Assembly (NCBI RefSeq): GCF_006345805.1 | Contig: NW_021833827.1 | Location: forward strand, 1,932-65,931 | From: Octopus sinensis | Taxonomy: Eukaryota | Length of the DNA stretch: 64,000 bases | Direction: 5' to 3' | In this document: piece by piece, positions 10,395-20,800 of the stretch | Position numbering within the stretch: position 1 is the first letter of the stretch | Layout: each line of letters starts with the position of its first letter | Position numbers and translations under genes: made by a program | Notes under the pieces: model-generated | Seen by the model: only the letters and a program-made list of their open reading frames with translations | Database searches by the model: none | What the model was told of the DNA's origin: nothing

Positions 10395-10660
10395 CATGCT
10401 CTTCCCCAACTGATAAATAACAAATGTTGGTTTATTTATGTCCCTGTAACTTAACGGTTTAGCAAAAGAGATTGAGAGAGAGTAAATATCAAACGTAAAA
10501 CAAGAAGAAAAAGTGTAAGAACAAGGGCTGGATCGATTTGTTCGACTAAAACCCTATAAAAGGAAATGCCCCAGCATGGCCACAGTCCAATGACTGAAAC
10601 AAGCAACAGACAAAAAGGCAAAAGACAAAAAGACAAAAAGACAAAAAGACAAAAAGACAA
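10395..10660 (+). mobile_element. Diverged SINE family B 3' half with (AAAAGAC)n tail
   Basis: CCCCAGCATGGCCACAGTCCAATGACTGAAACAAG followed by a repeated tail. Confidence 0.65.
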
Positions 10661-10874
10661 AGAGTCCCCCTCCCGTACATGCAGATCTAGCCCTCACCTT
10701 GCTGTTGATGTTATCCCAGGGGTTTAGGGCAGGGAAGAGCTAAGGGGTTGGCACTATGTTTTGGGTTCAGGTAATATCAGAAAATATCATAGGCTGAAGT
10801 GAAGCTCTAACAGTCCTGTCATACCAATGTTCCCTGATTGACCCCTTCTCCTTCCCTCCCCCCACGCCACCCCC

Positions 10875-11306
10875 ATCTATACACATATTGGGGGGCTGGC
10901 CTTTTGCTTATTGGATACTTTAAGGCCCTCACCGAGAGGGGTTGGACTTGAAATCTGATTTGCTGAGGGCCATAACCGGTTCCATAAACCAGCCTCTCTG
11001 ATACTCTTCACACCTCTGCCAAACAGCTTCAGTATATATATATATATACACACACATACACACATACACACACATACACGCTCACATATCTATACACATA
11101 TTGGGGGGCTGGCCTTTTGCTTATTGGATACTTTAAGGCCCTCACCGAGAGGGGTTGAACTTGAAATCTGATTTGCTGAGGGCCATAACCGGTTCCATAA
11201 ACCAGCCTCTCTGATACTCTTCACACCTCTGCCAAACAGCTTCAGTATATATATATATATACACACACATACACACATACACACACATACACGCTCACAT
11301 ATCTAT
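10875..11306 (-). repeat. Tandem 213-bp duplication of repeat family E (putative SINE); third copy at 12935-13078
   Basis: Near-identical ORF-track entries 213 bp apart. The minus strand has TGGCAGA(G/A)GTG...AAGAG and TTCAAGTTCAACCCC (A/B-box-like) and an 8-bp GGCCCTCA/TGAGGGCC stem. Confidence 0.55.
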
Positions 11307-11737
11307 ATACATACACAAATATATATATATATATGTATATACACACACATATACATGTAGTCATACATACATACATAATGTGTATAAATATGTATATGTA
11401 TTCACACAAGCATATATACATATATGTTCATATATATATAATATATATACACACACACACACACATATATATATATGTATATATACATATAAGCATATAT
11501 ATAAATATATGCATGCATATATATCTATATACACACACACACACATCTATGTGTATATATACATATAGGTTCATGTACACTCATATGTATATATGTGTGT
11601 GTGTAGTTATATACATCAAGCATGCATACATACCTACATACATACACACATACGTACGTGCATACATACATACATACACTCATACATACACACATAAACA
11701 CAAACATACATGCATAAATACATACAAACATACATAA
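11307..11737. repeat. (TA)/(CA)/(TACA) microsatellite
   Basis: Directly visible. Confidence 0.9.
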
Positions 11738-12412
11738 AACCTTTTATCGGGGGGTGGGGGTAAAAGCCGAAAAATATTTGGTTTATGTTGGTAAGTTAAA
11801 GAAAATTAAAGAGATCTTTCTTTAAGGGACTAGGGGCCGGAAACGAAATCTTAATGTCAAACAGGTGCCATACTTACTGAAACCATATGCAGGATACACT
11901 GTAATAGAAAAAAAAAGAAAAAAATATATATATATGTATGTTTAGGTAGGTTTAGTGTTTTGTTGGATGGGGGTGGGCAGATATAGATTGGAACTAAGAA
12001 AATGGGCCGATGTTGCGCGCATGATATTTGTTATGTTACGTAGGGTACTCGATGGAAATGTTACAGTGGTACCCCTTACTGAGGTTAGGTTGAGGCGTAT
12101 GGAAATTGTTAATATTTAGGAGCGCAATGGCCCTACTTGCGATATGAGGTGTTAGGTGGGGGGTGGAGGTTGGTGCTAAGTTCTGCATTCGTTTTGGCAC
12201 CAACTGTTCAGGTCCCTGCCCAGGGGTTACCAAATACTCAGGAGAATAATGTATGAGAGTACCTTATGGGAATACTGTGTGGGTCAACCACCCCTTCTAG
12301 AAATGGGTATTAGGTATTGATAAACCTATGTATGACAGAACTGATGAGTTTTATTAGCAGTAATTAGCTGGGGGCCTCTGTCTACATTTTAGGTCCCAAA
12401 TGAAATATTGCA

Positions 12413-12445
<33 letters not shown>

Positions 12446-12446
12446 G

Positions 12447-12484
<38 letters not shown>

Positions 12485-12583
12485 TATATAAAATATTATT
12501 AGAGACAAAACCACTATTTTGCAAAACAAACAAGGAAAGACTTAATCAATACATAAAATTTTAATAAATAGTCAAAAAAACCG

Positions 12584-12626
12584 CCACTACAATCGTTTCT
12601 TGTCTTGATCGACAATCTTCAGGTGG
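12584..12626 (-). ncRNA. Mirror copy of the same hammerhead on the minus strand
   Basis: Exact reverse complement of 12656-12698. Confidence 0.85.
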
Positions 12627-12655
12627 ACTTCCAATAAGTCAGTTTCAAATTAAGT

Positions 12656-12698
12656 CCACCTGAAGATTGTCGATCAAGACAAGAAACGATTGTAGTGG
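12656..12698 (+). ncRNA. Minimal type I hammerhead ribozyme (CUGAAGA core, GUA site)
   Basis: CCAC-CUGAAGA-UUGUC gaucaa GACAA-GAAA-C gauu G-UA-GUGG. Helices I and II are fully Watson-Crick, and ACGAUUGU is self-complementary with G-U pairs (dimer-type helix III). Confidence 0.85.
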
Positions 12699-12877
12699 CG
12701 GTTTTTTTGACTATTTATTAAAATTTTATGTATTGATTAAGTCTTTCCTTGTTTGTTTTGCAAAATAGTGGTTTTGTCTCTAATAATATTTTATAATATT
12801 TTACTATAAAATTGGATTTAATCCTAAATCTGATTTTTTTCCCTGTAAATTTGGATTTATTCCCTAATATTTATTAT

Positions 12878-12916
<39 letters not shown>

Positions 12917-13107
12917 GTATTTGCAATATTTCATTTGGGGCTGGCCCTTTGCTTATTGGATACTTTAAGGCCCTCACCGAGAGGGGTTGAACTTGAAATC
13001 TGATTTGTTGAGGGCTGAGGGCGATAACCGGTTCCATAAACCAGCCTGTCTGATACTCTTAACACTTCTGCCAACGACACAGCCATGCTTGCACCTATAT
13101 ATATATA

Positions 13108-13470
13108 GGTGCAAGCATGGCTGTGTGGTAAGAAGCTTGCTTCCCAACCACATGGTTCTGGGTTCAGGCCCACTGAATGGCACTTTGGTCAAGTGTCTTC
13201 TACTATAGCCTCAGGGCCAACCAGAGCCTTGTGAGTGGATTTGGTAGACGGAAACTGAAAGAAGCCCATCAGATGTATGTATATACTTGTGTGTGTGTGT
13301 GTGCTGTCTTTGTGTCTGTGTTTGTCCCCGCCTCCACCGTCCACTGTCTGATAACCAGTGATGGTATGTTTACATCCCTATAACTTAGAAGTTGAGCAAA
13401 ACAGACCGATTCAAGGCATTGCTCCAGCATGGCTGCCATCTAACGAATTGAAACAAGTAAAAGATAAAAG
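13108..13470 (+). mobile_element. SINE family B
   Basis: Head GGTGCAAGCATGGCTGTGTGGTAAG...GGTTCAGG; internal (TA/TG)n; A-rich tail. Confidence 0.8.
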
Positions 13471-13639
13471 GTATATACATTCATCATCATCGTTTATTGT
13501 CTATTTTCCATGCTGGCATGGGTTGGACGGTTCGACTGGGGTCTGGGAGGCCAGGAGGCTGCACCAGGCTCCAGTTTGGTCTGGCAGTGTTTTTACAGCT
13601 TGGTACAAGGCACGAAATTTGGTGGTGGTGGGGACCAGT

Positions 13640-14530
13640 AAATTAGATCGACCCCAGTACACAACTGGTACTTAATTTATCGACTCCGAAAGGATGAAAG
13701 GCGAAGTCGACCTCTGCAGAATTCGAACTCAGAACGTAAAGACAGACAAAATACTTATTTCTTTACTACCCACAAGGGGCTAAACACAGAGGGGACAAAC
13801 AAGGACAGACAAACGGATTAAGTCGATTACATCGACCCCAGTGTGTAACTGGTACTTATGTAATCGACTCCGAAAGGATGAAAGGCGAAGTCGACCTCTG
13901 CAGAATTTGAACTCAGAACGTAAAGACAGACGAAATACTTATTTCTTTACTACCCACAAGGGGCTAAACACAGAGGGGACAAACAAGGACAGACAAACGG
14001 ATTAAGTCGATTACATCGACCCCAGTGTGTAACTGGTACTTATTTAATCGACTCCGAAAGGATGAAAGGCGAAGTCGACCTCTGCAGAATTTGAACTCAG
14101 AACGTAAAGACAGACGAAATACTTATTTCTTTACTACCCACAAGGGGCTAAACACAGAGGGGACAAACAAGGACAGACAAACGGATTAAGTCGATTACAT
14201 CGACCCCAGTGTGTAACTGGTACTTATTTAATCGACTCCGAAAGGATGAAAGGCGAAGTCGACCTCTGCAGAATTTGAACTCAGAACGTAAAGACAGACG
14301 AAATACTTATTTCTTTACTACCCACAAGGGGCTAAACACAAAGGGGACAAACAAGGAGAGACAAACGGATTAAATCGATTACATCGACCCCAGTGTGTAA
14401 CTGGTACTTATTTAATCGACTCCGAAAGGATGAAAGGCCAAGTCGACCTCGGCGAAATTTGAACTCAGAACGTAACGGCAGACGAAATACTGCTAAGCAT
14501 TTTGCCCGGCGCGCTAACGTTTCTGCGAGC
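13640..14530 (-). repeat. SINE family A with its body tandemly repeated at a 184-bp period
   Basis: ATTTCTTTACTACCCACAAGGGG at 13757, 13941, 14125 and 14309; a single head at ~14490-14530. Confidence 0.9.
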
Positions 14531-14680
14531 CTGCCACCTTGAAGAAATGAAATTTAAAGGGAGAAAACAATTGCTATTCTTATTGTCGTTTAACCCCGAG
14601 TTAACCTGGTCCAACAGGCACTGGGGTATCATGATATCAATGCTCTGAGTTGGAGGTGAGAATCGAAAGAGAACATTCTA

Positions 14681-15335
14681 GGATCTTTTCCATTTGACCG
14701 GCAGTTTTTTAAAATAATTTCCACCTAACTAAACACTTTTAAACTTCGTATACTGGTAGAACGTGTTTATAAAACATCTTTTTCTCTTGGCTTTATTGAG
14801 AAAATTCTATAGTTTGTAAGATATTTGTTGTTTTTTTTCTTCAATTCTTGCAATTTCAACCAATCACTGACGTCTATTGAGGTAAAAAACATTCTGTGCC
14901 GTATGAATATGTCCCTCGGGATCTTTTCGGTTTGACCGGCAGTTTTTTAAAATAATTTCCACATAACTAAACACTTTTAAACTTCGTATACTGGTAGAAT
15001 GTATTTATAAAACATCTTTTTCTCCTGGCTTTATTGAGAAAATTCTATAGTTTGTAAGATATTTGTTTTTTTCTTCACTTTCAGCAATTTCAACCAATCA
15101 CTGACGTCTATTGAGGTAAAAAAACAAAAAACATTCAGCTCCGTATGAATACGTCCCTCGTTTAAGAAACAGATTGGGTTTATTTACATTTGCGAAGAAA
15201 AAAAAGATACCCTTCCCCCCACCCCTAACCCTAAAACAGATTGAAATGCAATAGATCGATACTAGGGTCATAATTATGGGTAACAATTTCATATGACACC
15301 TCTAGAAAAAACTGCCATTCAAACCGAAAAGATCC
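14681..15335 (+). mobile_element. MITE-like element with ~30-bp TIRs and a duplicated 238-bp 5' part
   Basis: GGATCTTTTC(C/G)(A/G)TTTGACCGGCAGTTTTTT at 14681 and 14919; AAAAAACTGCCATTCAAACCGAAAAGATCC ends at 15335. No clear TSD. Confidence 0.7.
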
Positions 15336-15620
15336 AAATTATTTACTTTGTGTTTTGTTTACTTCGCTAGGTAGTCGTTGTAGGATCGACTAGTCACGAC
15401 TAGCTAGCGCAGATGCGCGAGTACGCGTGAGCGCGCACCGGGACCACTCTTCTTAAGTAGTACTGATGATACTCTGGTACAACTTTGAAAGACAGAAAAT
15501 GGACGAGAGTAGATTATTCTCTTGTAACTATCAAATATAAAAACTAGACAAATGTAGATTGTGCGTCTACTATTTTAAAACAGAAGTAAATGATGAGGGT
15601 AGTTTATACCTGTACACGTT

Positions 15621-16448
15621 TAATAATAATGAAATTATTGTATACAGTGCTCAGGTGCACCACAACTTGTCAAAAGTACGTATAAAGCATATGCAGTAAT
15701 GTATAGATGTCTGGGAAGTGAACAGTGTATGAGTCAGATACATGCTTGCGTGTGTATGGAGGGGAGAAAATCAGGTGTAATGTTGGCGAATCTCAGGAAG
15801 CATGGAAGTTTTGAAGGATGCAGTGCTCTGACAACTAACAACTGATGCCGGCAGTTTGTTCCATGCTTCAGCAACTCTCAGCGTGAAAAAATGTTTCCTG
15901 AAGTCATGGGAGCTGTGCTGTTTTCTGACTTTGTAAATATGTCCACAGGTGTTAGACAGGTGGAGTTTGAAAAGGTGCTGAGTTATTGTTTGTAAGATGG
16001 TTAATAATTTTATGGGTGTCTGCATATGCAGTAATGTATAGATGTCTGGGAAGTGAACAGTGTATGAGTCAGATACATGCTTGCGTGTGTATGGAGGGGA
16101 GAACATAAGGTGTAGTGTTGGTGAATCTCAGAAAGCATGGAAGTTTTGAAGGATGCAGTGCTCCGACAACTAACAACTGATGCCGGCAGTTTGTTCCATG
16201 CTCCAGCAACTATTAGCGTGAAAAAATGTTTCCGAAAGTCATGGGAGCTGTGCTGTTTTCTGACTTTGTAAACATGTCCACGGGTGTTAGACAGGTGGAG
16301 TTTGAAAAGGTGCTCAGAGTTATTGTTTGTAAGATGGTTAATAATTTTATGGGGGTCTGCCAAGTCAGCTGCCAGACGTCGGAGTTTCAATGTATCCATG
16401 CTCAGGGAAGTATGGCGTTCAGAACATGGCAAATGCCTGATGGAGGGT
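15621..16448 (-). mobile_element. CR1-clade LINE 3' end with a 335-bp tandem duplication
   Basis: Peptide LKLRRLAADL...TRGHVYKVRKQHSSHDFRKHFFTLRVAEAWNKLPASVVSCQSTASFK is a classic CR1 ORF2 C-terminus. GCATATGCAGTAATGTA occurs at 15687 and 16022. Confidence 0.88.
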
Positions 16449-17263
16449 GTAAATCAGATACTTACAACTTTGTTAAAAAGTAATTAGATGAACGTAGGTG
16501 ATAGTCTTACAACTTTAAAGAGTGAAAACAAACGGATGTAGATGGTATTCTCGTGACTTTCAAAAGGAGAAAACTGACGAATTTTGATAAAACTCTGACA
16601 AATTTAAAAAGAGAAAACGGCCGAAATTAGAGCATATTATTACTCGCCTGAAAAAATGAAAATGGACGAAGGTTGACCGTATACTTAAAACTTTAAAAAA
16701 AAATTTTAATGTATGTCGTAGTCTTACAATTTTGAAACAGAAGAAAGAGACGAAGATAGATCATACTCGTATACCGTTGAGAAAGAAAATGGTTGAGGGT
16801 TAAAAATAAATACTTACGACTTTATAAAAGCGAAAATGGAGGAAGACTATATTCTTACAACTTTGAAAAAGAGAAGAGAAAATGGACGGGAGTAGATAAT
16901 GCTCTTGTAACTCTCAAATATGAAAACCAGACATATTTAAATTGTACTCTTTCAACTTGAAAGGAGAAAGAACAAACAAAGGGAGATCATAGACCATTAA
17001 GAAAGAAAACGGTCGGGAAAGAATCATATTTTTACGACTTTGTAAAAAAGAAAATGGATGAACGTAGATGATTTTCTTACAAATTTAGAAAGTGAAAACA
17101 AACGGAGGTGGATCGGATTCGTAGTTTTGTCAGTTTTAAAAAGAGAAACCAGACGATCGTTGATCATACTCTGACAGATTTTAAAAGAGAAAACGACCGA
17201 AAGTAGACCATGCTAGTACAACTCTGAAAAAGAGAAAATGGATGAAGGTAGCTTAAAAGTTTT

Positions 17264-17652
17264 TAGGAAGCACTCCGTCGAATACGATAACGAGGGTTCC
17301 GGTTGATCCGAATCAACGGAACAGCCTGCTTGTGAAATTAACGTGTAAGTGGCTGAGCACTCCACAGACACGTTCACCCTTAACGTAGTTCTCGGGGATA
17401 TTCAGCGTGACAAAGAGAGTGACAAGGCCGGCCCCTTGAAATACAGGTACAACAGAAACAGGAAGTAAGAGTGAGAGAAAGTTGTGGTGAAAGAGTACAG
17501 CAGGGATCACCACCATCCCCTTGCCGGAGCCTCGTGGAGCTTTTTAGGTGTTTTTGCGCAATAAACACTCACAACGCCCGGTCTGGGAATCGAAAACGCG
17601 ATCCTATGACAACGAGTCCGCTGCCCTAACCACTGGGCCATAGCGACTCCAC
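17264..17652 (-). mobile_element. SINE family C with ~15-bp TSD
   Basis: Reverse complement of 51550-51935. Flanks are TAGCTTAAAAGTTTT (17249-17263) and TAGCTTAAAACTTTT (17653-17667). Confidence 0.88.
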
Positions 17653-17811
17653 TAGCTTAAAACTTTTAGAGAGAAAAGAAAGGGACGAAGGTGATTGAAG
17701 GTAAACCATACGCTTACAACTGGCAAAGCCTCATAACTTTCTAACAAAAACAATCATACGGAAGTACATGAGAGTAGATAGTACTGTTACAACTATATGA
17801 AATAAAAACCA

Positions 17812-20800
17812 GGGGAAGGTGGATCATAGTTTTAAAATTTTGAAGATTGAGAAAAGGGACAAATGTTGAAGATATTCTTACGAGTTTGATAAAGAGGAAA
17901 CTAAAGAAGGTAGATCATAGTTTTAAAATTTTGAAGATTGAGAAGAGGAACAAATGTTGAGGATATTCGTACGAGTTTGATAAAGAGGAAACTAAAGAAG
18001 GTAGATCATAGTTTTAAAATTTTGAAGATTGAGAAAAGGAACAACTGTTACGATATTCTTACGAGTTTGATAAAGAGGAAACTAAAGAAGGTAGATCATA
18101 GTTTTAAAATTATGAAGATTGGGAACTGGAACAAATGTTGATGATATTCTGAGTCTGATAAAGAGGAAACTAAAGAAGGTAGATCATAGTTTTAAAATTT
18201 TGAAGAAGAGAAAAGGAACAAATGTTGACGATATTCTGAGTTTGATAAAGAGGAAACTAAAGAAGGTAGATCATAGTTTTAAAATTTTGAAGATTAAGAA
18301 AAGGAACAAATGTTGACGATATTCTTACGAGTTTGATAAAGAGGAAACTAATGAAGGTAGATCATAGTTTTAAAATTTTGAAGATTGGGAAAAGGAACAA
18401 ATGTTGAGGATATTCTTACGAGATTCATAAGGAGGAAACTAAAGAAGGTAGATCATAGTTTTAAAATTTTGAAGATTGGGAAAAGGAACAAATGTTGACG
18501 ATATTCTTACGAGATTGATAAAGAGGAAACTAAAGAAGGTAGATCATAGTTTTAAAATTTTGAAGAAGAGAAAAAGAACAAATGTTGACGATATTCTGAG
18601 TTTGATAAAGAGGAAACTAAAGAAGGTAGATCATAGTTTTAAAATTTTGAAGATTAAGAAAAGGAACAAATGTTGACGATATTCTTACGAGTTTGATAAA
18701 GAGGACACCAAAGAAGTTAGATCATAGTTTTAAAATTTTGAAGAAGGGAAAAGGGACAAATTTTGACGATATTCTTCCGAGTTTGATAAAGAGGAAACTA
18801 AAGAAGGTAGATCATAGTTTTAAAATTTTGAAGAAGAGAAAAGGAACAAATTTTGACGATATTCTTACGAGTTTGATAAAGAGGAAACTAAAGAAGGTAG
18901 ATCATAGTTTTAAAATTTTGAGGAAGAGAAAAGGAACAAATGTTGACGATATTCTTACGAGTTTGATAAAGAGGAAACTAAAGAAGGTAGATCATAGTTT
19001 TAAAATTTTCAAGATTGAGAAAAGGAACAAATGTTGACGATATTCTTACGAGATTGATAAAGAGGAAACTAAAGAAGGTAGATCATAGATTTAAAATTTT
19101 GAAGATTGGGAAAAGGAACAAATGTTGAGGATATTCTTACGAGATTGATAAAGAGGAAACTAAAGAAGGTAGATCATAGTCTTAAAATTTTGAAGATTGA
19201 GAAAAGGAACAAATGTTGAGGATATTCTGAGTTTGATAAAGAGGAAACTAAAGAAGGTAGATCATAGTTTTAAAATTTTGAAGAAGAGAAAAGGAACAAA
19301 TGTTGATATTCTTACGAGATTGATAAAGAGGAAACTAAAGAAGGTAGATCATAGTTTTAAAATTTTGAAGATTGGGAAAAGGAACAAATGTTGAGGATAT
19401 TCTTACGAGATTGATAAAGAGGAAACTAAAGAAGGTAGATCATAGTTTTAAAATTTTGAAGATTGGGAAAAGGAACAAATTTTGATGATATTCTTACGAG
19501 ATTGATAAAGAGGAAACTAAAGAAGGTAGATCATAGTTTTAAAATTTTGAAGATTGAGAAAAGGAACAAATGTTGAGGATAATCTTACGAGATTGATAAA
19601 GAGGAAACTAAAGAAGGTAGATCATAGTTTTAAAATTTTGAAGATTGGGAAAAGGAACAAATGTTGAGGATATTCTTACAAGATTGATAAAGAGAAAACT
19701 AAAGAAGGTAGATCATAGTTTTAAAATTTTGAAGAAGAGAAAGGGAACAAATGTTGATGATATTCTTACGATATTGATAAAGAGGAAACTAAAGAAGGTA
19801 GATCATAGTTTTAAAATTTTGAAGATTAAGAAAAGGAACAAATGTTGACGATATTCTTACGAGTTTGATAAAGAGGACACCAAAGAAGTTAGATCATAGT
19901 TTTAAAATTTTGAAGAAGGGAAAAGGGACAAATTTTGACGATATTCTTCCGAGTTTGATAAAGAGGAACTAAAGAAGTAGATCATAGTTTTAAAATTTTG
20001 AAGAAGAGAAAAGGAACAAATTTTGACGATATTCTTACGAGTTTGATAAAGAGGAAACTAAAGAAAGTAGATCATAGTTTTAAAATTTTGAGGAAGAGAA
20101 AAGGAACAAATGTTGACGATATTCTTACGAGTTTGATAAAGAGGAAACTAAAGAAGGTAGATCATAGTTTTAAAATTTTGAAGATTGAGAAAAGGAACAA
20201 ATGTTGACGATATTCTTACGAGATTGATAAAGAGGAAACTAAAGAAGGTAGATCATAGTTTTAAAATTTTGAAGATTGGGAAAAGGAACAAATGTTGAGG
20301 ATATTCTTACGAGATTGATAAAGAGGAAACTAAAGAAGGTAGATCATAGTCTTAAAATTTTGAAGATTGAGAAAAGGAACAAATGTTGAGGATATTCTGA
20401 GTTTGATAAAGAGGAAACTAAAGAAGGTAGATCATAGTTTTAAAATTTTGAAGAAAAGAAAAGGAACAAATGTTGATGATATTCTTACGAGATTGATAAA
20501 GAGGAAACTAAAGAAGGTAGATCATAGTTTTAAAATTTTGAAGATTGGGAAAAGGAACAAATGTTGAGGATAATCTTACGAGATTGATAAAGAGGAAACT
20601 AAAGAAGGTAGATCATAGTTTTAAAATTTTGAATATTGGGAAAAGGAACAAATGTTGATGATATTCTTACGAGATTGATAAAGAGGAAACTAAAGAAGGT
20701 AGATCATAGTTTTAAAATTTTGAAGATTGAGAAAAGTAACAAATGTTGAGGATATTCTTACGAGATTGATAAAGAGGAAACTAAAGAAGGTAGATCATAG

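Larger units (their letters stand above)
12487..12795. mobile_element. Perfect inverted repeat (144-bp arms, 21-bp spacer): inverted Penelope-like pseudo-LTRs
   Basis: 12487-12630 is the reverse complement of 12652-12795 with no mismatch found by eye. Each arm carries an HHR, and the left end abuts (TA)n. Confidence 0.8.
15465..17811 (+). repeat. Diverged ~45-bp monomers flanking the satellite (left), interrupted by CR1 and SINE C
   Basis: Recurrent AAAGAGAAAA(T/C)GGA(C/T)GAAGGTAGATCATA.TCTTACAACTTT-like words at roughly 45-bp spacing. Confidence 0.7.
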
